Below, one piece after another: positions 44,493 through 57,425 of a stretch of DNA of 64,000 nucleotides. Positions within the stretch are counted from its first letter, which is position 1; each line of letters starts with the position of its first letter. Under the pieces are notes generated by a model, which saw only the letters and a program-made list of their open reading frames with translations, did not search any database and was not told the origin of the DNA. The stretch is from the human T2T-CHM13v2.0 reference genome, Homo sapiens. The translations under genes and the position numbers were made by a program. The DNA lies in the NCBI RefSeq assembly GCF_009914755.1, contig NC_060936.1; one strand, written 5' to 3'.

Positions 44493-47334
44493 TAAAGACA
44501 TTTTTTTTTAAAATCTAGCTTTGAAACTGCAATTGTTTAACAGCCCAGATATTATTATCTTTAGGTTTTAGATGAGGTACTTTTAAAGATACACCTCTTG
44601 ACTCTAGGAATAAAAGTGGGCAGAACTTTCACTATACCCAGGTATTCTGGAGAAAAGAGCTGTGAAGGTCCTCCTTTCAAATTTTGCTTGTGGCTAAAGT
44701 GATCAAAGAGGTAAAGGCAGTCAATCTAGGAAACAAAATCCCAGGTATAAATCTCTCCTTGTGTTTTTTTCCAATTTGGTACAAGATCTCTTGTTACAAC
44801 CCCAAAGTGCCTAAGATCTAAGGTGGAGGAAGCTCTCTGCTTCAGGCCTCAGGGAAGGCTCCCTGGTTTGCAGGTATTCTTGCCCTCAAGAAAAGAAAAC
44901 AGGCACTCCTACATAGTTAATCTTTGCCGATTTGGGCTGTGTACTAGGATTTGAGATCAAAGTCTTATTATATTTCTTAGTTTAGCTTTGGCAACTTTAT
45001 GGGGTGAAGTGAAAGATCAGATAAATATTGGATTACATCCCTCTGCCTTTAGGTCCAATAGCACTTTAATCTTGCAGCCTTTATTCCCAGTATTAGTGAT
45101 CTGATTTATGTAATTTCATGTCTTTTTTAAATTACATACTTCACATGGGCAGCTGCTGTCTTAATTCTCCCAGAAACTTACCTAGAAATTACTCTTATGT
45201 TAAGTTCCATATATTCCCCAGCACTGTCTGATACCTAAGTATACCTTAACCTTGGGAAACTGAAATAGTGTTTATGAATAAACCTTGAGGCTTTTGAGCG
45301 CCTGGAGGTCCTGGAGAATTGGGAGGTCTTCAGTCATGGGTGAAGGCTGAAGCAGCAACCGAAAGGTTAAGTACAAAGCTGTTTATAATCTCTCTTCACT
45401 GCACATTTCTAGCTGAAGGCAATGCAGCTAGAACACAGATTTCATAGAAAACTTCGATGAAGCAGTGTCATAAGATGAAGGAAATATTGTTTCAGCAATA
45501 ACATTCATCACTAACTAATAATGTAGTCTCTGGCTTTCCTGTTAATCCTGTTGAAACTAAAGTGTATTTAAAAATTCATTACTTCCAGCTTTATTGATCC
45601 TGCATTTCTCATCTGTCCTTGTTTTTCAACCAGGCAGTCATCTCACTCATCCATTCAGCATATACAGGTTGAGTTCCAGGTGCTATATTTAGTGTCTAGA
45701 ATATTAAAATTAAAACAAACTCCCTTGAGTTGCCTCCATTTGTCACTAAAGTGATTGTTTAAACTATTGCTTTAGAGACAAGCAGATAAACAGACGGTTC
45801 CAAGTGTAAAAATAGTACAAAGTGGCTGGGAGGACAGAGGAGAGACACCTAACCTAGATACATTGAACTACAGGCATGAAAACCTGTATCAAATAGTGCA
45901 AATTCCCATGTGAGATCTTTTCAAGACAGTCTTTGTTTAACCCTATATTCCTGAAAAGTTCTTGATAGTGTATTTGGAGACTCAATTTTTGTGGAGTTTA
46001 AATTTGGAAGTTGTTGATGGGATAGTAAGAACTTTAATAGCTACTGCTCGGGAAAATTAAGAATATTCTTATATAGAGGATTTGCAATTACCAACTCAAC
46101 TGCCCAATACTAAGTATTGAGGACAGTGATTAAACTCATAGGACTCTATCTCTTAACAAATAAATAACTTTAAGAATGAGATCAATTGACAGAAGCTGTG
46201 AATATCGACATGACTAGTCAAAAGGATTTATATTACTAATTTATATACAAAAGAATTTTAATGTTATTCTTAGAAATGAAATGTATACAATATAATGTAA
46301 CATTCATTATAGAATATATTTATGAATTAGCCCAAATGTAGATATTAAAAATGAATGAGATTATGATTAATGATGTAAAAATATCTCATAAAGATAAAAA
46401 AACTGAATGCAATACATTAATACTCTCAAAAAGTTCATCCTTATTGGCTAAATCAGTAGAGATTCAGTGGGATATTATACTTAATGTTCTTTCTATGAGG
46501 TGTGAAAAGATACTAGAAACACTGGACATTCATGAAAGTTTCTAAATTTTCTGATGAACTAGTTGGCAATACTCATCCTCCTATGTATATTCTACCTTAA
46601 TCAGTAATCCTAAGATGTGTTAAAATAATTTGAACATTTAGAAATGGAAATTTCTATACAGCCAAATTTCTACTTTTTAAAATCCTAGCTTTTTCAGACA
46701 ATAATAGCTACATTATTATTATTATTATTTTACAATAAAGTGTTTGGAACCAAACTATGCCATTTTTCTCAACTTAAAATATCTCCTTCACACGACAATT
46801 TATTCTATAACAGAGCAATCAAATAATATTCACAAATCACATATTTAATCTATGTTTGTCACTCTCCTATTCAAAATTATCCATATTTTCTGTTCTCAAA
46901 GGAACCAAGTCCCTGTTTTGTAAACTCACTTTCAAGATCTTTATGATTTGAACCCAACCCCCTTTAAAAGCTTTATCTCTTATCACTACTCAGCATATCA
47001 TCCTCTATCCAGAAACATAAAAAGTCTTCTTATTCCCCCATGAATATTCTCTATGATTTTTCCTCCTATAGTCTTGATTTTGTCTTTTTGAAGTGTCTTC
47101 CTTGTCTATCTGTCTATTAAAATTCTAGTTCCTTTTTAATCTAAAAGAAAAAGATTTTTACTCCTCAATGCTTGTGTAACTATCTGCAGGCAGAAATCAT
47201 CTTATAAAATATTTTAATATGCCCATTTTTATACATGGTTCAATATGCTACAAAGTTTGTAGTTCAGTGAGAAAAGAAAATGTTTTCTTTCCAAACACAG
47301 AAAATTAACTAAGTTTTTGAATGTTTGAATTATA

Positions 47335-47560
47335 ATTTAGCAGATCAGTTGAGTGAACTTTGGAGTCAAAATAAATAGGTTTTCATCTTGGCTTCATCCT
47401 TTCTAGCTGTATTTCCTTGGACAAGTTATTTTACTTTGCTAGGCTCTAGTAGTCCAATTGAAATAGGTTTGATATCAATCCATACTTCATAAGGTTTTAA
47501 AAAAAATTAAATTAGTGAATACAGCTAGCGTGTTTAGTAGTGTTGACACATTGTAAACAG
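47335..47560 (+). mobile_element. MIR
   Basis: actttggagtcaaa...ctagctgtatttccttggacaagttatttta. Confidence 0.6.
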
Positions 47561-48226
47561 TGAATGCAACTTATTGAGTAATTAAGTGGAAGATAACATA
47601 CTGCTAAATGAGTTGTCTTTGGGCATTTTTTAGGTATATATGGGAGCTTCGTCTAAACTATTTTCTCAGATAGTCAATACCATTATGATATTATCAAACT
47701 AATTTTACAATAGGGTCAGTAAAAAAGTCTCCCTTATAAACTTTTGTAATAATTACAGTACTTGAACTATTAATTTTGTATCCATTTCAACAGATTGATT
47801 CTAAATCTTTAAAATGAGCCTGTAAATTTCTACCTTCCCAGCACTCTGCCAAAATAGCATTTGATCATTTAGGATGAGCATTTTTAGGATTTCTGCCAAT
47901 GAAATACAGTGACAATGTTGTGGATCCTTTAAATGCCTGTGGCTGTTAAACTTTGCCCAATTGGTCCAATATTGCTGTAAACATAGGCAATAATATAGAC
48001 GTTATCAAGAAAACAAATAGAATTAAAAGAAAAAAGAGATACTATTCGTGAAATAGTTACGATTAATTCCCTATACAGATTAATAGCATACAAACTTAAA
48101 GTAAGATATTCAATCCTTCTCAGCTCAGTTGTAAATTCGTTGTTCTAAACTACAAATTTGCTTTCTTCATCTTATTAATTTCTCAAAAGCTATAATCAAT
48201 TTACATTCAAAGTTTTAAAAATAGTA

Positions 48227-48393
48227 TACTCAGGAGGCTGAGGCAGGAGAACCACTTGAACCCAGGAGGTGGAGGTTGTGAGGCAGGAGAATCGCTTGAA
48301 CCCAGGAGGTGGCGGTTTTGGTGAGCCAAGGTTGTGCCATTATAGTCAAGCCTGGGCAACAAAAGCGAAACTCCATCTCAAAAAAAAAAAAAA
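48227..48393 (+). mobile_element. 5'-truncated AluSq/Sp-like right arm with a 40-bp internal duplication
   Basis: tactcaggaggctgaggcaggagaa...gggcaacaaaagcgaaactcc plus poly(A). Confidence 0.88.
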
Positions 48394-49133
48394 TTTATTT
48401 GCCTTTTAGTGACTTCTTGTAATCCTTAATCCTCCATCCATACTTTATGCACCTATGCTTTGATAAGGATTATAACATTCAAGACAAAAAAAAAAAAACA
48501 GACTTCCTATTCACATTGAATTGCAAAGAAATATACTTGAGTTAAGCAGAAGATTTAAAAATAAGTTCATAAGAAATTTGGTACTTACCTTCTACTCAAA
48601 TCTTGGTTTTTGGTTACTTGCATGTTCAGTTAAACTTCAAAGGATGACAGAATATTCTTCATTAAATTATACTCTTCAAGATAGATATCATGACTGGGAA
48701 AATGTGCTTTTGAAAATGCTGTAGTGTTAGTGATTTTTTTTTGTGAGTGAGTAATTATGTGTCACCATTTTGGTCACAAAGATAATTTTGCTTTCCACTT
48801 CTAGGTAGAATGCTAAGATACTGATTCATATCAGCTTATTAAATTCCACAGAAGAAAAAGTACTTTGTATTTCCAAAACAGAAAGAAGTTTCCTGTCTTC
48901 AAATGAGATTTCATGTTTCTTTTTAAAATTAGATTTCTAACTTAGAGTTATGTTAAAGTTTCCCTAACAAAAGTTATTTAATTAAAAAAAATTTCTACTT
49001 TCTAATTATTTTTTAGACTTTCACTGAGCTTTCCTAAAAGGCACCAAAAGATTGAATGCAAGACAATATATAATAGCAGAGTTTCCTTATCTCTCTGGAG
49101 TGATGGGCTGTCAGTGTAATCTTAGACAGGGAA

Positions 49134-49169
49134 GTGTGTGTGTGTGTGTGTGTATGTGTGTGTGTGTGT
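49134..49169. repeat. (TG)n microsatellite
   Basis: About 17 TG units with one TA interruption. Confidence 0.95.
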
Positions 49170-49181
49170 CTTTTGGAGAAA

Positions 49182-51292
49182 GAGAATTGATACTGGAGAA
49201 GTGAGGCATTACTATAAAGATACCTGAAAATGTGAAAGTGCTTTTGGAATTGGGTAATGGACAGAGGTCAAAAGAGTTTGGAGGCTTTAAAAGAAGACAG
49301 GGAGATGAGAAAAAGTTTGGAACTTCCTAGAGACTTGTTGAGTGGTTGTGACCAAAATGCTGATAGTGTTATTGACAGTGAAGTCCAGGCTAAGGTGGTC
49401 TCACATGGAAGTGAGAAACTTATTGGGAACTGGAGTAAAGGTCACTCTTGCTATGTTTTACCAAAGAGACTGATGGCATTGTGCCCCGCTTTAGAGATCT
49501 GAGGAACTTTGAACTTGAGAGAGATGATTTAGGGTATCTGGTGGAAAAAATTTCTAAGCAGCAAAGTATTCAAGATGTGGCTGGCTGCTTTTAAAAGCCT
49601 ACACTCATTTGCATAAACAAACAGATGACCTGAAACTAGAACTTATATTTAAAATGGAAGCAAAGCATAAAAGTTTAGAAAATTTGCAGCCCAACCATGC
49701 AGTAGAAAGGAAAAACTCATTTTCTGAGGAGGAATTCAAGGCTGCAGAAATTTGCATAAGTAAAGAAGAACAGCTGAATGTTAATAGCCAAGACAATAGG
49801 GAAAATGCCTCCAGAGTATTTCAGAGACATTTGTGACAGTCCCTCCCATCACAGGCCTGGAGGCCCAGGAGGGAAAAATGTTTTCATGGGCTGGGCCCAG
49901 TGCCTTCTGCTCTGTGCAGCCTCAAGGTATGGCACCCTGCATCCCAGCTGCTCCAGCTGTGGATGAAAGGGGCCAAGGTACAGCTTGGGCCGTTGCTTCA
50001 GCAGATGCTAGCCCCAGGCCTTGGTGGCTTCAATGTGGTATTGGGTCCATGAGTGCACAGAAGGCAAGAGTTGAGGTTTGGAAGCCTCCACCTAGATTTC
50101 AGAGGATATATGAAAACGCCTGAATGCTCAAGCAAAAGTCTGCTGCAGGGATTGGGCTCTCATGGAGAATATCTACTAGGGCAGTGTGGAGGGAAAATGT
50201 AGGGTTGAGCCCTCACAGTGTCCTCACTGTGACACTACCTAGTGGAACTGTGACACTACCTAGTGGAACTGTGAGAAGAGGGTCACTGTCCTGTAGACCC
50301 CAGAATGGTAGATCCACTGACAGCTTGCACTGTGGACTTGGAAAAGTCATAGGCACTCAATACCAGCCTGTGAAAGCAGCTGTGAGGGCACTACCCTGAA
50401 AAGCCACAGAGGTAGAGCTGCCCAAGATGGTGGGAGTGGATGTATGTATTAGTCCATTAGAAAGCCCTGGATGTATGTATTAGTCAGGGTTCTCTAGAGA
50501 GACAGAACTAATAGGATAGGTGTATATATAAAGGGGAGTTTATTAAGGAGTATTGACTCACACAATCACAACATGGGGTACCACAATTGGCCATCTGCAA
50601 GCTGAAGAGCAAGGAAGCCAGTCTGAATCCCAAGGCTGAAGAACTTGGGATCCAATGTTCAAGGGCACAAAGCATTCAGCACAGGAGCAAGTTGTAGACC
50701 AGAAGAGCAAACCAGCCTAATCTTTTCATGTTCTTCTGCCTGCTTTTATTCTGGCCATGTTTGGAGCTGATAAGATTGTGCTCACCCAGATTGAGGGTGG
50801 GTCTGCCTTTCCCAGTCCACTGACTCAAATGTTAATCTCCTTTGGCAACACCCTCACAGACACACCCAGGAACAATACTTGGCATTCTTTAAACCAACCA
50901 AATTGGCACTCAATGTTAATCATCACAATGTGAGACATGGAACAAAAGGAGATGATTTTGGAGCTTTTAGAATTACAGCTGCCCTGCTGAATTTAGACTT
51001 GCATAGGGCCTATAGCCCCTTTGTTTTAGCCAATTTCTCCTTTTTGGAATGGGAGCCTTTATCCAATGCCTCTACTCCCATTGTATCTTGGAAGTAACTA
51101 ACTTGTTTTTTATTTTATAGACTCACAAGCAGAATGGACTTTCCTTGTCTCAGATGAAACTTTGGACTTGGACTTTTGAGTTAATGCTGGAATGAATTAA
51201 GACTTTAAGAGATTGTTGGGAAGGCATGATTGCATTTTGAAATGTGAGCAGTGCATGAGATCTAGATGTGGACACAGAGCCAAACCGTATCA
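49182..51292 (+). mobile_element. MaLR internal sequence (THE1D/MSTA-int) lacking full LTRs, interrupted by MLT2A
   Basis: gagaattgatactgg...ctataaagatacctgaaaatgtg start; decayed MaLR ORF (SLELPRDLLSGCDQNADS...GNWSKGHSCY); ends in the reverse-complement LTR stub ggacacagagccaaaccgtatca. Confidence 0.88.
50476..50927 (-). mobile_element. MLT2A1-like solo LTR
   Basis: tgtattagtcagggttctctagag...ctcaatgttaatcatcaca; 452 bp; TSD atgta/atgtg. Confidence 0.9.
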
Positions 51293-51756
51293 GAGACTAT
51301 GTTATTTTCAAGTTTGTAATAGCTAGAAGGAGGAGCGCTGGGCATGTAATAAATGTACCTCAAATTTTAAAAAGATGAGCTACAAAAGTTGAGAATAAAC
51401 AAACTGATATTTGCCAAAAGTTATAAAAATATTTATCTGTAACTCACAACTCCAACTAAAATGCAAATTATCCTTTTTCCATTTGATGGATTATTTTTTG
51501 GAGAATGAAGCAAATAGTAAGATTTTCATCAAAAATTAAATAAAACTAAACAGCAGAATTTAAAGCATTTTAAACAAATAGCATGTAAATCAAAACATTA
51601 ATGAAGTAATTCATTAACTGGTGTCATGCTTCAAATTAGAAGGCATTTTTAGAAAGAATCATTCTTACCAAAAAAGTGAAAGAGTTAAACAAGGTAACAA
51701 CAGCAACAACAAAAAACAGCAATCTAACGTTCCCTGAATGCCCAAGGGTGGGTATT

Positions 51757-51871
51757 TACACACTATGGATATTTGGAATGGTCTAGTGGATTGCTACACA
51801 CTATGGATATTTGGAATGGTCTAGTGAATTGCTTACACACTATGGATATTTGGAATGGTCTAGTGGATTGC
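51757..51871. repeat. 38-bp minisatellite, 3 copies
   Basis: tacacactatggatatttggaatggtctagtggattgc at 51757, 51795 (one substitution, one extra t) and 51834. Confidence 0.95.
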
Positions 51872-52399
51872 TATAAGGCTATTCTCTTTTGTCATTTTCA
51901 ACAAGGAATAAATTCGACAGACAGTGTCATCAATATCAGTACTAAAAACTTCCCCTATCAGCAAACTGTTCTTGTTGCTACTGCTACTGCAATTTACCTT
52001 TTATGCCTCATTACTTTATTTAGAAAAATGGACACATACTGTTTAACCTTTGGAGAAAGAGACTATGTCATTTCCAAATTTGTGATAGTTAGAAGGAGAG
52101 ATGCTGAGCACATAATAAATGTACCTTAAACTTGAAAAAGGTGGATACAAAAGTTGAGAATAAAGATAGGCATGAACTGAGACTCTGAGAGTAATGTCAA
52201 ATTATTGGGATTGATGTAGATGAAGAATGCTCTGATAGCTCCCTTGAGCTCAGATTTTAAAGGCATATTTGAAAATACAGGATAAGGAGAAATAAATAAA
52301 CAAGAAGGAAAAATATTATTTTAGTAAAATAAAAGCTGAATTGAAGAATAATCTGTAATATTAAAATATTGCTTAAAACTAGACAGATTAGCCTAAGAG

Positions 52400-52620
52400 T
52401 AAAATACATTAATTCTGGAGTTAACTTCCAGGATTAGCATCTTAGCTTTTCCTCTTTTGCTACATAATCTTAAGCAAGTTAGCAAACTTCTCTGAGCCTA
52501 TTTTGCTGATATGCAAATATGGGGGGCAATACTACAACTTTTCCTTTAGCATTAATATGAATATGATATGAGATGTAAATGAATCAACAATCTTGCAAAC
52601 TGCACAATAAATGTTATTAC
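52400..52620 (+). mobile_element. MIR
   Basis: cttaagcaagttagcaaacttctctgagcctatttt...tgcaaatatggggg. Confidence 0.6.
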
Positions 52621-52706
52621 TATTTAAGAAAAACACTTTAACATTTAATTTTTTTTATAAAGGGGAATGCCATAGCTTGGTTAGTAATATCAAAGAAATA
52701 TCATAC

Positions 52707-53597
52707 TATAAAAGTAAACAGGAAAGAAAGACTTTATCAAAGGCTAATGTAATCAGAGACAAAGGCTCAATTCAACTCCCCTGTAACTAAAGGAGGAAGA
52801 ATGTTTAAGTGGAAAAGTACTGCAAGACTTTAGCAGAGAGTGTGGTCAATGTGATTAGATCATCTGTGTTTGCCAATTGGCACTTATTGAAGTCAGTCTC
52901 TCCATAGAGACTGAAAGACAGAAGTCTTATATTCCTTGATTTAAGAGGGATGGCCCCCAGGTTTTTGAGAAAGACATTCCTGGCTTTCATAACCTACAAG
53001 TCACATTTAGCTAACATCCAAATTAACCTGTCTAGGGTTAGGTCTTCTCATTCATGGAAGTATCCTGTCTCTAAGTAAAGAATCTTATCATGAATTTCTC
53101 AAATTGTTGATGTACTGATTAATGTATGACCTACTGACGCTGGAAATTATGCTGAATTGTTTTTGAATCATGAAGTTTTACTTATTTTTTTCTGAGTCAT
53201 GAAATTTTACTGGTTGTCTTGCATGTAGATATCTTAGCCCATATGTTGCACTCTGTAGCCAATGATTATAGCCTCTGTATTGTACCCTCCAATGAACAAG
53301 GATAATTCTGATATGAGAAGTCCCCTTCTCTTCTCCTAAACTTTCTTATAAAAGCGTTCCAACTTGTAGCAGACTCTGGGATGTTTTCAACTTTGTTGGT
53401 GTGTCTTTCCAGTTCGATTCTCACATTTGGCTTATGGTGAAACTTTATCAAATTATTTATGCCTCAGCAGGCTTAATTTTCAGTCCACAGCTTGTAAAAC
53501 TGATACGAGGGAAAGGAAGGTTAGGGACGTTTATTCAGGAAGAAACCTGCCTAAAGTTTAATCAAGCTGAGAGAAAAGTTAAGGCTATCTTGGTTAT
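52707..53597 (-). mobile_element. MER31-like ERV1 LTR hosting a nested LTR
   Basis: ggtcaatgtgattagatcatctgtgtttgccaattgg...ttgagaaagacattcctgg | cttgtaaaactg...aaagtttaatcaagctgag...aaggctatcttgg. Confidence 0.65.
52987..53489 (+). mobile_element. MER67C-like ERV1 solo LTR
   Basis: tcataacctacaagtcacatttagctaacatccaaattaacc...ttttcagtccaca; 4-bp TSD gctt at 52983 and 53490. Confidence 0.7.
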
Positions 53598-56409
53598 AAC
53601 TAGCAGTGAGTAATTCAATGCTTTTTTAGATAACATTTGTGATCATGAAACAGTCTCATATATTCAGTCTGCGGAAACATTATTCAGAGGGAATTGAATT
53701 CCAAAATATGTGCACTAATTTAGGTTTCTTTCTAGCTGTTCCAAATGAAGTTTAAGATTTTATACTTAGAGGAATTAAATCCCAGAATTTAATGGGAAGT
53801 TACTACCATTAGCCTCATAATCATGAGGAATTTGAAGGCGAGAGAAAAAAATGTGAACCCACACCTTTCACAAAGTTAGAGGAATTACAGTCAATACTAG
53901 TGACATTAATATTAAACATGGAAAAAACTTATGAATTAATTCTCTAACAGCATTGTGTGTGCACTTAGAATAGAGATAACTGGTAAACCTCAGACATGAT
54001 CTTATAAATTGCTAAGATTTATATGGATTATAAAGCTAATAGCTCAGGGGAATGATGTAGTGGTCTCAAATTCAAATGTTTTCAGGGGCGAGACAATGAG
54101 AATACATGTGGTGAAGTTTTATGTGTAAATCAATAAGGAGTTCAAAGGCCTGTGGAAAGGGGAGAATGCATGCCTCTCCTAAAGTCATTGAATTTCATTC
54201 TTCTAAACCCTTGAAGTCCAAACAGTGTATGTCTACTATGAACTCCAACTGAGCCTAGTTTGATATCCTCAATTATAACCTGAATTTTGTTATGAATTTG
54301 ATTAATGTTTATCAAAATATTATGTGGACTTAATAAATTTAGATTTGAAATAAAGTTAGGAGAATTGATCACTGGTAAAATACTGCATAGAAAGATTACT
54401 GAATAACTTATCTATATTAAGTAGTAAAACATGTTTGCTTCCATGTCCAAAAGTTCTTGTTAAAAATCTAAAGCATTTGAAAGACATAGTTTAAGAAGGA
54501 ATAGCAAAGAATTTGAATGGGATAATATAAAATGATCATATCAAGTTTGAAGTTAGAGTAAACTTAAGAAGAATTTTAAGATGGATAATGATGGAAGTCT
54601 TGAAATTAAGTCCAAAAATAAACTGAAAAGTACAATATAAGGAAATACAACTTGACTCCATGGAAAACAAAGAACCAGAATTTATAGTTGTTTGTGAGCT
54701 TAATAAAAGACAGTAGTATAGAACCATTGCCACAAATTCAAGAAGGCATTCCTAGATTTCATTACCCAGAAAACAAAAATAATTTAAGAACATGGCAAAT
54801 GACAGAACTGCTCTCTCTCTGGTGGGCAAAACCTAAACTTACATTCAGTAAGAGAAACCCAGAAAAGAGTTACTAAGGTGGTGAAGAACCCCAATTTATA
54901 TCAAATGAAAGCCCACTGAATAAATATTAGATAAAAGATAAGATTCATAAAATTCTTAAGTATTTTGAAACACTTGTCTTTGAATATTTAAAGCTTTTAT
55001 GTGCAATAAAGCATAATCATATTATGTATTACTTTATAAAACAAACATTCAAAAATGGGGAAAATTTTCAATACAATAACAAATAACTTTGTTTCTAATA
55101 ACAAAACTTTCACAAAACAAATAGTCTTCAGAGACAAAATAATTTTTTAAGCCTAGAAATGTTCACGATTTAACCAATTCTGTGCTATTTTGAGAAAGGT
55201 AGTATATCATCAGATTAAGGTCGGATTATGTTGTCTTCTCCGTTCGTGAGATTCTAGTATATTATGAATGATCTTTCATGCAAGCCCATCAGATTCAACA
55301 GATAAATTCAATGTGCAAGCAAAAATGTCTATGGGGAACTTCCTGTAGATTTTTCAAAGAAAGTGAGCTTCATTTTGATTTGGGAAATTATGATTTTTTT
55401 CAATTGTGTAAGCAAAAGTTTTAAAACAAACACAACAAAAATCAAGTTACTTATAAAACAAGAACATTGACTTTGAGAGGCAGCTTGTATTTGAGTACGA
55501 TTTCTGCTACTTGCATTAGTCTACATAAATTGGTGAGGTTTTTGGGGCTCAGCTTAATCAAACATGAAATCGCAGTAAAGCCTATTACATGATGCTTTTC
55601 ATGATGATTAAATAACTAAAAATTGTAGCATATGTTTCTCTGTTATTGACATATTATTGATTTTCAGTAAATTAAATAAAATGTGTATAGACAAGTCATG
55701 TATTAAAATCCCTGTATTAGATAATTGAGGTTCAAGGAAACATTCCCAATTTTAGATCTAATATTTAGAATAGCCAGAACTAGAACTTGGATTTCTTACT
55801 CCTGGCTTCTGTTCCTTACACATCAACACACTTTTCACTCATAAGGAAAACTAAAGTAAAAAAAGGGGAATGATGCTGTTTGAAGAGGTATAACACAAAT
55901 ATAGTGTGTTATCAGCATGATCGATTAAAGCAAAATTTCTGTATTGTGGGGAATTAGTCATTATTAGCAGCAACTATTGTAAAAACGATGACTCTCATCT
56001 GAATTAAAAATCATAACAATAATGATTGCTTTCTTTATCAGGTAGCTCTTTTTCTCCAGGTGTATTCACTTTTAATAAGTAGAAAATGTCATTAAATTGA
56101 AAATTGAACCAGCAAATTCCTTTTAATCTTTGGTTCCCTAGCTACCTCACTGATTTACAACAGTCTTGGGCATCCGTTGGCCTTTCAATGTAATCCCATC
56201 ATAAGAAAAAGATTATATTCCTTTCTACTGAACAAATTTTAATGCCACTGTGCAAGTAATTGAAGAAACAAGAATGAATGTGATGATCTTCGCTTTCATT
56301 AAACATTCAATAATGATTAGGAAGACAGTAAAGTACACAAACACTCAGCAGATAGATGAATAGATAGATAAATATAGATCATTATGAGGATGATGAAGAT
56401 AGACTATTA

Positions 56410-56996
<587 letters not shown>

Positions 56997-57224
56997 AGAA
57001 AATAGGGGAGAATTAAAGCTACTAAGGTAACTAAGAAAATGGTCAGAAATTATATTCCAAACTATGACACTGGAACCATAATATGCACAGCATTTTTATC
57101 TCATTCCTGTACACCAGAGAATGATAGTATAATTTAGATTATTTGATGCCAAGAAGTAGTCTTATGTAATCAAGTATTCAGAATTAACATTATACAAGGT
57201 GAAATGAAGTATTCTACAAGACAG

Positions 57225-57425
57225 TACACTGGAATGAACATGAACTTTGGAGGACATGTCTGCGTATGAGTCCTGGTATGATACTCATGAGCCATGAGAA
57301 CTGAAGAAAAGTATGTTATCTTCTAGCCTAATTACCTTCATCTATAAGATAGACATGATATGTATTATGCAGGTTATTGGGAGGATTAAGTGAGGTAATA
57401 TTTGTAATGTACTGTGCCTGGCATA
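57225..57425 (+). mobile_element. MIR
   Basis: ccttcatctataagat...gggaggattaagtgagg...gtgcctggcata. Confidence 0.65.

Noticed and set aside
50768-50900. DUX4 sites expected in MLT2A LTRs
   Set aside because: Both recalled motif positions appear mutated here (tgataagattg; ttaaaccaacca), so there is no sequence support for activity.
51757-51871. CRISPR-like 38-bp repeats
   Set aside because: Units abut with no unique spacers, there are no cas genes, and the context is primate DNA.
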